Assembly (NCBI GenBank): GCA_036172245.1
Contig: JAYWIR010000013.1
Coordinates: 4,340,001-4,404,000, forward strand
Source: Raillietiella orientalis
Taxonomy: Eukaryota
DNA: 64,000 bases
Reading direction: 5' to 3'
Below are positions 1 through 11,772 of the stretch, piece after piece (position 1 is the first letter of the stretch; the number at the start of each line of letters is the position of its first letter). Under the pieces are notes generated by a model. It was not told where the DNA came from, did no database searches, and worked only from the letters and a program-made list of their open reading frames with translations. A program made the position numbers and the translations under genes.

Positions 1-36
1 ACTTTGAAGTCCTGGGGGGTATCACAAGTTTTGCTT

Positions 37-3000
37 TCAGGGTGGGTTTCCAGATGTTTGGTTCCGGGCGTCGTCTTCAATCCTCTTCAGGATGAATTGG
101 TACGTCCAGGCATGGAGTCATCCACACTTCCTGATGCCGATCTCCCTCTTGATGAGTCCTTGCAGGATCTCCATCGGGGGTGCGGCTCTTCTGGCTTTTC
201 TTATCTTCCAACACCACACAAGTATGACGGTGATGAAGAGAGCAATGGTGGTCCTCACCATGGGATTGTAACAGGGAACATTACCATCTCCCTGGAACAT
301 CCCAGCGAGGATTTCCATCACGGACTTGTTGTTGAGTCCCATGATCCTTTTCAGGATCAGACAGTCGTGTAGCAATGTGGGACACGTCAAGACATGAAGT
401 CTCGTATCGATGTCTCCACATGCCGTGCATTCTTCATCTTCCCGTCTCCGTGTGAGGTGCTTGAGCCTGGACCCGCTCTGGATTCCTCCATGATAAAGCA
501 TCAGGAGGTTGTCCTGGGTGTCCGGCGGAAGGTCACTCCTCCAGAGCGTCGTGACGATCGCCAACAGGTTGATCCTGTCACTCCCGTAGCGATCGGTGGC
601 TTCTTGGAGGGCACTGGTGTCTTGGTCCTGGTCCTTGATAATCTTCCGGAGGTTCATCTTGGTTACCTTAGACCACGCGAAGTCGTTGTGGTTTATCCAC
701 ACTTCGCTGGTCTTATGGGTGAACCTACCTAGCATCATCTCTATATACCGAAGTATACGAGTGTGATGTAGGTATCCCCTCGTCGCCATTCCTGGCTTTT
801 TTGCAGGGTAACTCTGGGCCGCTGGGAGATCCAGCTTCTCGTGTCCGGAGGGACCGGAAGCATCCACGGGATCACCAGGATGGATTCCTCCTGCCAGAGT
901 TCCCTGCTTCTCGGCACGATCTTGATGTTGTGCTTGCGCACCAGCCGTTGCCTTCTCCTCCAGGTTGGGTCTATGGTGTTCCACGGCTCGGCCTAGCAGC
1001 GCAGTCATCAGGCCATTTGAGTTGTTCAACAACAACGCATAGGCCCTATGCTCCGCGTACGGCCAGTCATCCCAGTGAGTAGCGATATCCAGGATGTGTC
1101 GCAAATTTTCATGATTTCCATGGAGTGTGCAAGCGACTTCATCCTGGAACCGCCCTCTTCTCTAGGACGACACAGGGGTTTCAAACGAACTCTAGGGCGA
1201 TAATGCCCCCACAATGTCTTTCTTTGCAGCTTTCCCACTTCTCTCGTGTTGTTTTTCTGCATTCTCGCGAAGGCCGCTCCGAAGAGCACCTTTGGAAGGA
1301 GTACTCCATTCCAGAGGTTGGCCTTTCGCTTCATGCGAAAGTCCAGTCGGGTGTACTTCGCTGCTTCCTTTATCGTTTTCCCCAAGATTTCCGTCCACAG
1401 TAGCTTCGACGCAGAGTTGTCGCTGATGTAGACTCCCAGGTACTTGGCAGTGTCCACCGTTCGGAATCCTCTCCCCGTGAGTACGGAGAGATCCAGGATT
1501 CCGACGGGCAAAAGATGGCTCTTCTGGGCGTTGATCTTCAGGCCCAGTCCTTCCATAAGCGTCATCACATCCAGGAACGCTTGCTGATCCCTCTCTCTCC
1601 TGATGAAAAAGAGGAGGTCGTCGGCGTAGGCGAGATGGGTGAGCTTCTGGTGGTCGATGTTAATCTCACGTAGTCGCCCGCTCTTCTCGATGAAAGAAGA
1701 CAGGGCCTCCATGTAGATAACGAACAGCATCGGACTTGGCGAGTCACCCTGCCGAACTCCTCGTTCCATCCGAATGGCTGCTGTTTCTACCCTGTTGATC
1801 TTGATCCGGAAACGTTGATTCCGGAGGATCATTTCTACGAAGTTGCTGAAGTATTCCGGAAGTCCCAGCTTTTCCAGAATCTTCAGCAGAATCCCGTGAT
1901 CGATGGTGTCGAAGGCTTTCTCCATGTCGGTAAAAGCTAGCACCAGGTTCTCGCCGTCCCTAAGGTATCGGCTAAGTCCCACGGTGGCCTGCGCGCACTT
2001 GACATTGTCCGACATTTGGCGTCCGGGTACCGCACATGTCTGGACAGAAGAAATCAGCCTTGACATAACCTTGCCTAAGCGGTTGGCCCAGATCCTTGCC
2101 AACCACTTGGCATTTGAGTTAAGGATTGAGATGGACCTACATCGGGCTATCCTGGATAGGTCGCCTCCTTTCGGCAACAGTCTCGTCCTGCTCTCGTAGA
2201 AGGACTCCGGCAGTCGTCCTTCTTGTCGGATGCAGAGGGTCAGCTGGTGAAATAAACGGAGGTAGGCGTGCAGGTACCGCTGATAGTGACTGATGGGAAC
2301 ACTGTCAGGGCCTGCCGCCACATCCTTGCGTAATTCCTGAAACGCATTCTTCACCTCTTCCTCGGAGAAATCCTACTCCAATCTCTTCCTTTGGAGGTCG
2401 TCAATCTTCTTTACAAGATGGCTGAGGAAGGTCTTCTGCATGGCCTGACACAGATGTTGTTGCCGGAAGTGTCCTGTGTAATGCCTTTCGAAGGCATCTA
2501 CGATGTCCTCCGACGTGTGTCGGCTGTGATCGCCGTACTGCATATGGAAGATATCTATGGCCAGATTCTTCCTCTCCAGCACGCCGATCTCCCCTTTTAC
2601 ACTATGGAAGACGTACCGACTCTCGTACTGATCGAAGTACTTTGAGAAGGAGCGATCTAGGATGTTCAGCTCCCGATACGCCTCCTGCCTCAGTCTCTTG
2701 TCGCCGAATTGCATATTTGCAAATAAATGGATCCTGTGCTTCAGGCTGTCTCAGTCGGCGACTCTTCGGATCGTAGTGGTCTTCAGAATCGCCTCCAGGA
2801 CCTCCTGATGACAGGGATGGGTCTCGAACCAGGCGGGCATGCTGATGAGCGCCGCCCTGGTGCCTTGCCTCCACCGAGGATTTTCCGTCCTTAGAGAAAA
2901 CCGCACCAACGGGTGATCCGACAACGCGGTGAGCGTGTCGCGAAAACCTTGAATGCGATTCCCTAGTTCGGTGCTGTGAAGGACGTGGTCGATCGGCTTG

Positions 3001-3554
3001 TGGCTAGCTGTTCTTCACAGCAGTCCGAACTCGTCGGACAACCGCCGATATGCCGTCCTTCCTCTGGCGTCCTGGGAATGGATGATTTCATCTAGGATGT
3101 TGAGATCGCCAGCGACGATCACGACGTCCTTGGGCGCGACCTTTTCTCAGAGTGCTGCATGCAGCGCCTGCGCACATCGATGTTTGTACCTGTGTGGCCA
3201 GTACACGCTCACCAGGAAGAGGTGAACGGTAGCGGACCACGCCAGTCGCACGCCGATGATGCGTCCCGGCGAGGGACAGAAAACTTCCAAAATGGTGGGG
3301 GCCAGGTGGTTCTTGATCAAGATCGCCACACCTTCCGTGTTCCGCCGTCCCTCGATGACGACCAGCTGCCCATCGAGGCATCGTTCCATTTGTTGGCTGA
3401 TCTGGAGATCCAGCCTGTGGGTCTCCTGCAGGCACACGACGTCTTGTTGTGCGATGGTCCGCACAATCCTTTTTCTTTTCTCCTGGTCGATCAATCCATT
3501 TACATTCCAGGAGGCGATGTTGATCCTCCTGGCGGTCGATTGGGAAGAGGCCAT
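37..3554 (-). pseudogene. F1 ORF2 (APE endonuclease - RT - Zn finger), disrupted by stops and frameshifts
   Basis: WNVNGL/LQETH (APE); DMEKAFD, GVRQGD, YADD, KYLG (RT); CTACGDIDTRLHVLTC. Confidence 0.92.
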
Positions 3555-3567
3555 AAAAGGGGAAGAC

Positions 3568-4440
3568 CTATTTCTTGGCCTTCCTGAGCTTCTTCTGTCT
3601 GAGAGAGCGTGCTCTTCCAGACAATGAAGAAGCAGCGGGCTTCTCGCTGCCGGCGTCACTCTCCGTCCCGGTGAAGTCGGTCTGATCGGCTTCCTCGGTG
3701 GAGTGCTCGGTTCGTGCGACGAGCTTACGAGGTAATACCTCCAACGCAACCTTGGCGCAGAAGTTTGCCTCCACGTCGAGAAGCTTATCCCCTAGCTTCT
3801 CGCGCTCGGCAGCCTCCACCACCTGATTGATGGTTTCTTGCGCATTGCAGATATTCTGCAGTTGTTGTTCCTGCTGAGCTCCGCTCTGCGCCTCCTCCAC
3901 TTCTTCAGCCAGTTTCTCCACCACTTCGGTGGTCTGCAGGGTCTCCTGCGACACCAGGGTGTGTTCTGGCACCTTCGCCACCTCGCCTTCCTCCGCAACC
4001 TCCATCCTCTCGCCTTCCTCTGCCGCTACTTTCGGGGTAAGTGGGGTTTCCTGCTCCTTGACGAGCATCTTCCTCTTCCCCTTCTTCGCTACCTCTACGT
4101 AACCATCCGCCGAAACCGGAGCGGCCTTCTTCGCCATCCTCTGTTTTATTACCTTCTGAGGTTTCACCACCTCGGTCAACGCCTTTTCCCGCACGGGGGA
4201 CTGGCCACGCATAGTCCGGTAGTTGGCAAACTCCGGACAGCACCACTTCGCATGCCCTGGCTGCTTGCAAAACGAGCACACCTCGGGCATATCGCAGCTG
4301 CGCACCTGGTGTCCCTGCTTCCCACAGCGGAAGCAGCGAGACGTGGGGCAGTCGCCCAAACGATGTCCAAAATTTTTGCAACCTGTGCAGAACACAGGTT
4401 GTTGTCTATAGTTGACGGAGACCTGCTGTGAGTCACCGTC
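3568..4440 (-). pseudogene. F1 ORF1 C-terminal part (gag-like, three CCHC zinc knuckles)
   Basis: CTGCKNFGHRLGDC, CFRCGKQGHQVRSC, CSFCKQPGHAKWCC followed by an E/K-rich tail. Confidence 0.9.
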
Positions 4441-4923
4441 CTTTGCCTTTTTTTCTGTTTGGTAGCTTTCTTAAACGTTTGAGCGTAGGTTAGTTGCAAT
4501 TTAAAAGCGGCTGAACCTTGCCTGTCAGGCGTTTAAAACATAAGAAACGCCGATCCTTTAAAGCGGGCAATAACCTCAGGGTTTCTTTTGCCTTCTTTTC
4601 TGTTTGGTAAACTTCTTAAATATGCTCTTAAATTTTATAGCGAAGGCAATTTAAGGGTCCGTGAAGGGTGTCATTCCAGCGCGTGACGCACTACTGTACG
4701 AACATTTGTTTTTCCAAGGTAATTCGGTGTCGTGCCAGTGCTTGACACTGGCACGACACCCTTCACGGGCTCCTAAACTGCTTTAGCTATACATATTAAG
4801 GAATTTACTAGGCGGAGGAAAAAGCAAAAGAAACCCTGTGTGGCGAGTTATTCACTTTTGTGTCGAATTATCGGCGCTTTTTTATTCCAAAACGCTTCGT
4901 CAAGTGAGACTCAGCTGCTTTTA
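4441..4923. repeat. AT-rich imperfect foldback palindrome (MITE-like) with an internal perfect hairpin
   Basis: Inverted arms CAGGGTTTCTTTTGC 4577-4591/4824-4838 and CCGTGAAGGGTGTC 4659-4672/4755-4768, with degenerate pairing out to about 4502/4923. Perfect 15-bp stem 4726-4740/4746-4760. Direct repeat at about 4441-4475 vs 4586-4620. Confidence 0.75.
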
Positions 4924-4939
4924 TGCGTGAGCTGCGCGC

Positions 4940-5330
4940 TTAGCAGCCACATGGACGCGGACAGCCGTGGTGACATGCGCAAATGCCTCCACAAGAGACC
5001 AGCCGGGAGGGGGTGCCATGCACTTAATGAGGATCGCCGCGAGATGGCCCCCTCCGCATCTGAGAAACGATGAGTGCCAACTTGCCGGCACTCTCAAAGG
5101 AAGAACGGAACGGAGCGTCCTGCTCCGTGATCCCTTCCCGATCCCCCATAAAGGAACAATTTTCCAACTTTTTTTTGTTTTCTCATGTTTTTCCCATCTT
5201 CCGTGCCCTCGCACTGAACCCAAATGGCGAGCGGGAGAGAACTTCCGCACCTGGAGGAACGACTGTCCAGCCAAAATGGTCCGTTTCTTTGCCAAAAGGG
5301 AACGCACGCCCCGGCGCACCCGGGTTGGAA
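4940..5330 (+). mobile_element. Degenerate 3'-terminal LINE fragment (ORF2 tail, 3' UTR, terminal hairpin)
   Basis: HLMRIAARWP resembles the ORF2 C-terminal 'FMRRAARWP'. GTGATCCCTTCCCG also occurs in the 3' UTRs at about 11539 and 36389. A T-tract is followed by the terminal hairpin CGCCCCGG-CGCAC-CCGGGTT at 5307-5326. Confidence 0.75.
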
Positions 5331-6429
5331 ACCCGGAAGAAGAGAGGTCGGAGGCTGCAGGCATTCTGCACCCTTACTGTGCAACGACAAGCGTCTCCGA
5401 CAAGTTCGAAAGTCTCCCCTGCCCCCCCACCTTTCCTTTCCTTCGAAACGGATCGTCTCGTTCGCTCGCGCTTCGAACTCGCGCAGCAAGAGCCGCGGGC
5501 GTCGATGAATCTTCCCTTTCCTCTCCTTTTCCTTTTCGTTCTTCTTCCGCTGGTTTCCGGCAGCGGGACGGATGATCACTTGCTCGTTTGCTGCCTTCAC
5601 TGGACGATGCAGCGACGTTCCCACCCGGTGACGTCATGGCGCGTATCTCGCGCAATAAGAGTCTCGGATCGAGAAACGACAAGGTCGAGGAAAGCGATCG
5701 GTTCGACGAAACGCCTGTCAGCAACACTCCAGCTCCGGAGCGGAAGCCAAGGGTCCCATGGGAAGTAGAAGGAAACGTGTGGAAAGAAGGGGATCGCTGG
5801 TAGTTGACGTCCGTACCACCGTGGAACGGGAACGGAGCGCAGGATGCGTCCCCGATGGCTTTCTCTCTCGGACGAGGACGGCACGTTGCAGTCCGCACGA
5901 AGGCGGTCGCCACCTCCGTATCTCCGCGCCCGCAACTCCAACACATGGCGCCGGCGCGCAGCCACGAAGAAGCAGATGCCACACTGCACCTCCTCACATG
6001 ACGAGAGTGCGCACCCGCGTGCGAAGAGAGTGGCAGCCGCACGTATGCTGGGAAAGTCCGCCGGATGCGGCTATCCGTGAACCCGCAGTTCTTCGAGCAC
6101 ACCGCAGTCCACCACAGCAGCAGCAGGAACGATCGAGCGTCCGGCAAGCGGAACACTTCAAGCACGCGATTTCCTTGAAAAAAAAAGTGTGCGCACACGA
6201 TACTCACGCGGGGAAGGCGGGAGAAGAGGGAGCTTCGGATCAGGGAACCATGTCCGCGATCTTTCACCCCACCCTCCTCACCTTTCCTTCGCTCGTTTCC
6301 CCACACCGGCTTTCCTTTCATCGGGCAAGGAACACTTTCCGACCGTTCCCAGAGGCGCTCGAAGCAGGAACGGAAGACGCGGCACCCGCAGATCCCGCAG
6401 GCACTTTTTGCTCCCGTTTTTCCGGACCG

Positions 6430-7125
6430 TGCCGTTAGGTTCGCCCAGTGGCAATGATCCGCTGCTCGAGCTTGTAATGGCGGCTGGGCAACTCAGGATC
6501 GACTACCCTGGAGGTGGAAACGGGACGTGGTTCTGATGTTGCATTGGGTTATCCATGGCAAGTGGCGCACCCACCTCGTTTCCAGGGAAGTTGCCTCCCC
6601 GAACTGTAGAAGGTGCGGAGCAGTGGAATCACTCCCGCACCTGCTCTTCGACTGTGGGGCCCTCCAAGGATTGTGACGGAGGCTGCCTTCAGCGCTCCTG
6701 AATCAATATGACCGCCATCGACACCATGTGCCGCTTCTTCACGCGCAGCGGCTTCTCGCTAGATGAGGTCATCGCAGCGATCCGTTGCATCCGCGGCATC
6801 GTCATGGCCGGTCACATGCTGAAGTCGCGAGCAGTCTTAACAGAGGCCACCAGGATTGCAGCCTCCAACATGAGGAGGCGGCCAGGTGGATTCAGCTCAG
6901 CAAAGAAGTCAGCAACAAGATCATCAGCATTCAACACCAGTTCTGAAACGATGGAACGGCCGAAGCCAAGACTTCTGTCTCCTTCCCCCTTCTGTCGTCT
7001 TCTTTTTTTGTACTTCTTATCTCCAGTTGTGGTTCTTTCCCTTCCGTTCCGGACTTTCAGTGAGCCCGACCTGCATGTCGGGGAGCCCTCCGCTTAAACT
7101 TCTTTTAACTTTCTCTGGGAACTTA
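6430..7125 (+). mobile_element. F2 LINE 3' fragment (ORF2 Zn-finger region and partial 3' UTR), degenerate
   Basis: RWKRDVVLMLHW...PNCRRCGAVESLPHLLFDC matches 16260-16705; the UTR motif TTCCGGACTTTC..CCGACCTGC.TGTCGGGGA is shared with about 16805-16840. Confidence 0.85.
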
Positions 7126-7128
7126 GTT

Positions 7129-7672
7129 CAGCAGGCTGGGCGACCCGACATGCAGGTCGGGCTCACTGAAAGTCCAGCAGGCTGGGCGACCCGGATTGCC
7201 AGGCCTGCCTCTCGGCCCCAGCTTTAAATTCCGCCAGTCTTCGGACGTCAGGTGTTCGGGTGTAACGACGGGCCTGCAGGTAAGCCCTCTCGTTCCGAAT
7301 ACCTTCACCAAATCCCCTGCGGAGATTTTATTCATCCCTCTACGCCAGGACGCCTCCGGACCAAGACGCCTCTCGGCGCTTGCTCCCGGATGGTGCCCCG
7401 GCAATAGATGAGGAGGAGAGAGTAAGCCTCGATGAGCCTTTCACGACCGGTGAAATTCTCGCCGGTATCAAAAGGCTCAGGAGGCGTAAGGCGCCAGGGG
7501 AGGACGGCTTGCCCGCGGAGTTCTTTCAGTGCTTCGCGGAAGAGCTGGCCCCCCTGGTGCTCGTGTTGACAAGGCTGATCCGAGACGAAGACGATGTTCC
7601 CGCCTCGTTTCGGTCAGCCAGAGTGAGGCTCCTCCCGAAAGGGGGGGACCTCAGGAAATTGAACAACTGCCG
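7129..7672. mobile_element. F3-like ORF2 fragment with an internal inversion (7175-7320 minus, 7318-7672 plus)
   Basis: The minus part encodes GFGEGIRNERAYLQARR...WQSGSPSLL; the plus part continues LRRFYSSLYARTPP...KAPGEDGLPAEF...LLPKGGDLRKLNN. Confidence 0.85.
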
Positions 7673-10600
7673 GTTGTTCTACTTCCGCAGCCGTGCCGAA
7701 GAGGAAGGCTGGCAAGAAGACCGGTTGCCCGAGACGGGTCGCACCTCCGCAGGTGGAGGAGGCCATGTCCTCGGGCACGGAGGAGGAGGCAATGTGCGTC
7801 GCGCCACGCGACCCCTCTCCGATCCGTGTCTCGGAAGCCAGCCCCATGGAAGTCGCTGTGGACGACGTGCTCCCGTGTGAGCAGCCGACCGTCGTCACGG
7901 CCACCAACGAGCCGCCTCCCGCAAGGGAGGAGGCCGCCTCCACCCCACAATAAACGCACCAATGCGTGGGCTCGCCTCCTGCCGCCTCTTGCCCATCACC
8001 TGTTGGAACGTCAACGGGTTGCGCGACGACGGTAAGAGGCGAGACGTAGCCGCCATACTGCGAGACTTCGACCTGGTGCTCCTGCAAGAGACGCACGTTC
8101 TCAAAGCAGAGGAAGTCCAGGAAATCGAAAGAATCGCGGGAGGGCGGCTACTGTGGAGGAACGGAAACGACCGCTCCTGCGGAGTGGCCTTTATGCTGAA
8201 GCCAGCCGTCGACAACGCACTGCGCAGCGTCAGGTTTGACGAGGACGGTCGAGTTGGGCAGCTTGCGTTCAAGTGGTCTGACTCGATCGATTTCGTGGTG
8301 ACGAACCTGTACGCTCCGGTGAGCAGCCACAGGGCCGAGGAACGCACTGCGTTCTTCGAATCCCTGCGGCGAGACTGGTTGGCTGAAGCAAGCGTACGGC
8401 GGGCGCACCTCATCGCGGGCGACTTCAATCTCCGCCTGCTTGCAGGTGCGCCCAGCAGTCGAGCACAACTGCTCAACGAGTTGTGCGCAGCAATGAATGC
8501 GCGCAACTTGTTGGCCGGTGATGCCGGGAGAGATCGGAACATCGATCACATGTTCCTCGACAACCACCTGTGCACGCGGGTGGGAACTCGAGGAACGCTC
8601 CCGGCAGAGCTGTCCGACCATCCACGGCTCGTGCTCGAGTTGCATCCGCGGAATAAGGGCCCTCCCTTGAAAACGTGGCGCCTGCCAGGGGACTGGTTGC
8701 GCCTCGCAGGAGCGGCGGAACATCTACGCGCCTTCCTGCGAGGATTCCATCTTGAGACGCTCGCGGACTGGGACGAAATGAAGTGCTCAGTCCGCGAGTT
8801 TTGCGACCAGTTTCCCCTGGAACGTCTTCCGCCGGGCTTCGGCGATGGGGTCAGGAACGAGCGGGCCTACCTTCAGGCCCGCCGGTATTCCAGGCGTCCC
8901 GACGTCCGTCGCTTGGCGGAATTCAAAGCTGAGGCGGAGAGGCAGGCCTGGCAGTCAGGCTCGGCCTGCTTGCTGGACCATCAGGGCCAAGAACGCTCCA
9001 GCCCAGCTCAGGTAAGCCGCATCGTGCGGGAGTTTTATTCCTCCTTGTACGCGCCACTAACACCGGAGCGCCATTTCGCGCAGCGCCTGCTGCAGGAGGG
9101 CCTCCCCGCGCTCAAGGAGGAGGATCGTTTCAGGTTGGCAGAACCGTTCACGATGGTGGAGGTCGTCTCCGCCATCAACAGGCTGAAGAACAGGAAGGCA
9201 CCAGGGGAGGACGGCCTGCCCGCGGAGTTTTACAAACACTTCGCGCCAGAGCTGGCCCCCCTGGTGCTCAGGTTAAGTACGCTGATCGGCGAACACGGCG
9301 AAGTTCCCGCCTCGTTCCGGTCAGCAAAAGTACGTCTCCTGCCGAAGTCAGGAGACCTACGCAACATTGGCAACTGGCGTCCCATCACAGTAGTGAATGC
9401 GGACGCAAAGTTGTATGCCAAGTTGTGGGCTGAGCGCTTGGGGCGGGTGGCCGCTTCCGTGATCAGTCCGGAGCAGACCTATGCTATTCCCGGACGAAGC
9501 ATGGAGTCAAACCTGCTCCTCGCCAGCACATGGTGGCAGTTGCGACAACGCGTTGCCCAGGAAGGTCAAGGGAGTCTTGCGCTCCCCTCTGACCAGGAAC
9601 ATCGAAGAGAGGGTGGGGGGATTCGGCGGGAGCCTTTGCAGTCGCGGTCGACTTGCACAAAGCATTCGACTGCGTCGACCAGGAACTCCTTTTGGAGCTC
9701 CTCGAACGCATGGGTTTCCCGGCCGTGCTCCAGTCCTACCTGCGCTGCTGCTGGCGCAACGCGTCAATAAATATCGGTTTTAGCGGCCGGCACGTGTACG
9801 GTGTGCCAGTGCGCCGCGGCATCCGGCAGGGTGACAGCCTGAGCCCCTTGCTCTTCAGCATCTACTTCGAGTTGGTGCTGAGGGCATACAGGGTAACTCT
9901 GGCAACCCTGCCGAGCTCGTGTGCCGGCACGCCTACCGTGTCGGCCTATGCAGACGATCTTCTGCTGCTGCTTCCCGGGTCCACCCCGGCGAGTGCACTC
10001 GAGGACTTCTTCGAGTTGCTGCGCCGCGGGACGGGCCTGGAGGTGAACAGGGCGAAGACGTCCATGGTCTTCGTCGGTTCGGCGTGGGCTGGACGGTCGG
10101 ACTGGATCCGCTTGGGGATCCCCACGGGCAGGTGCTTCAAGTACCTCGGTGTACCGTTGGGGGACTTCTGCGCAGCAGAAGCCTGGTCCGAACGTCTCCA
10201 AAAGGCAGCGTTGGCGATCGGTCCGTTCCAAGAAGGCAAGTTCTACTTGCAGGAACGGGCCGCGGTGTGGAACGCGTTTGCGGCTCCCCTCCTTCGCCCC
10301 CTACTTTTTGTTTGCCCCGCCCCTTATTTTATTCGAAAACGAGCAGCGGGCCTCCTGAGGACAGTCCTTTGGGGCAAAGGGAGGTCCCGTGTGAGGCTCA
10401 AAGACTTGTGCGCTCCACGTAAGGACGGTGGACTTGGCGTACTTACGCTGGAGCGCATGGAACAACAACTTAGATTCAGGACTCTCGCCCTTGCGGCGGA
10501 ATTGTGGGACACGCCTTGGTGCGTTCCAGCACGCCTCCTGGCCCAACGAGCCTGCGGAATCGGCGGACTTTTGTCGTTTCTGTCTGCGCGCGTCTGCAGA

Positions 10601-11768
10601 AGACCATACTGTGGCTCTATGCTGCGACGCATCTTTGGTGCGGTTCGGGAGAACGCCTGGATCTCCTGCCTCCCAGGGAACTACTCCGCCTGGTTGCACG
10701 AGTCAGTCTCCACCTGGGAAAAGATCCACGTTCCGGCGGGCACAAGGAACACTTGTATGAAAAGGCACGCCCGCTGGACGCTGCAGGAGATCGTGCAGTC
10801 CCACGACAAGCTTCTGTGGGCCTTGATAACCCCCCTCGCCCCAGTGCTGCCCTTCCTTGTGAATGCCAGGGACAGTAGCGAGCAGGGGAAATGGACCGTG
10901 TCCTGCACTATAGGCGGCAGGGCACAATCGATAAAGGCGTGGACATCTCGGCAGCTAGCTGACGCTGCGACGCCGAGTGTCCCGCCCAACGGAATTGGAC
11001 GCTGGGGCGAGCTACTCGGACTGTCTCCGGAGGAGATGAAGTGGCCCCCAGCGTCCTGGAACAGTGCATCCCTCCCCCTGAAATGGCAGGATGTGGCGTT
11101 GCTTGTGGTACTCTGGGGATTACCATTCAAAGCACGCCTGCACCACACCACCCGGGGGGCTGTGGATCCCAATTGTGACCGGTGTGGGGAAAAAGAAACA
11201 TTCCCCCACCTTCTCCTTGAGTGCAGCGCCCTCCGCCCTTTGTGGGATCGTCTCGCGGCGATCCTGGACTTGCGCGGATGCGGCCCAAAGGACGTTTACA
11301 GGCGCCTCTTCTGTAGTGACGCCTTGTCCCCGCCCGCTAGTGTAGCAGTCCTCTGCTGCATCAGAGGAATAGTGGCGGCTCGGAACGCCACCAGAAGAAG
11401 GCGTCAGCCAACCGGCAACGCCTTACACTGGACTCGCCTTTTCGCGCGCAGTGTCTGCAAGTGGCGCCACTTGGGCGCTGAAAGGACTCAGCTTGTGCGG
11501 ATCCTGAATAGGATCTAGAGGACCTTTCCACGCGCACCGTGATCCCTTCCCGGCCCTCCCACCCCTACAACATTTGTTACCCCCCACATTTGAACTTTTT
11601 GTTTCTTTTTGTTTTTCTTTATTTCCCATCCCCGCGCACCGGAAGGACCTCTCCGGCATGGAGCCGGTAACCAGCAAGCTGTTTTGCAGTGGTGAACCTT
11701 CGAGTTCGCCACGCGACATTTCATGTATTTTTATTTCAAGGAAATAAATGCCCCGGCACATCCGGGTG
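7673..11768 (+). mobile_element. LINE (F4-related), 5'-truncated in ORF1, with complete ORF2 and 3' terminus
   Basis: ORF1 tail to 7953, ORF2 from 7962, T-rich UTR, terminal AATAAA-hairpin 11743-11768. Confidence 0.93.
7962..11518 (+). pseudogene. ORF2 APE-RT-Zn finger with one frameshift near 9600-9650
   Basis: WNVNGL, LQETH, NLYAP, GDFN, SDH; DLHKAFD, GIRQGDSLSP, YADD, KYLG; CDRCGEKETFPHLLLEC. Confidence 0.92.
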
Positions 11769-11772
11769 TGAA

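Larger units (their letters stand above)
1..4440 (-). mobile_element. Non-LTR retrotransposon, family F1 (L1/Tx1-like), 5'-truncated within ORF1; 3' UTR runs off the window
   Basis: Collinear with the + strand copy at 57061-62621; homology stops at about 4440 (DGDSQQVSVNYRQQPVFCTG vs IDEQSQGVNVRYRQQPVFCTG). Confidence 0.93.

Noticed and set aside
7949..7961. AATAAACGCACC between ORF1 and ORF2 resembling the 3' signal
   Set aside because: It occurs in one copy only, has no hairpin, and the AATAAA includes the ORF1 stop codon.
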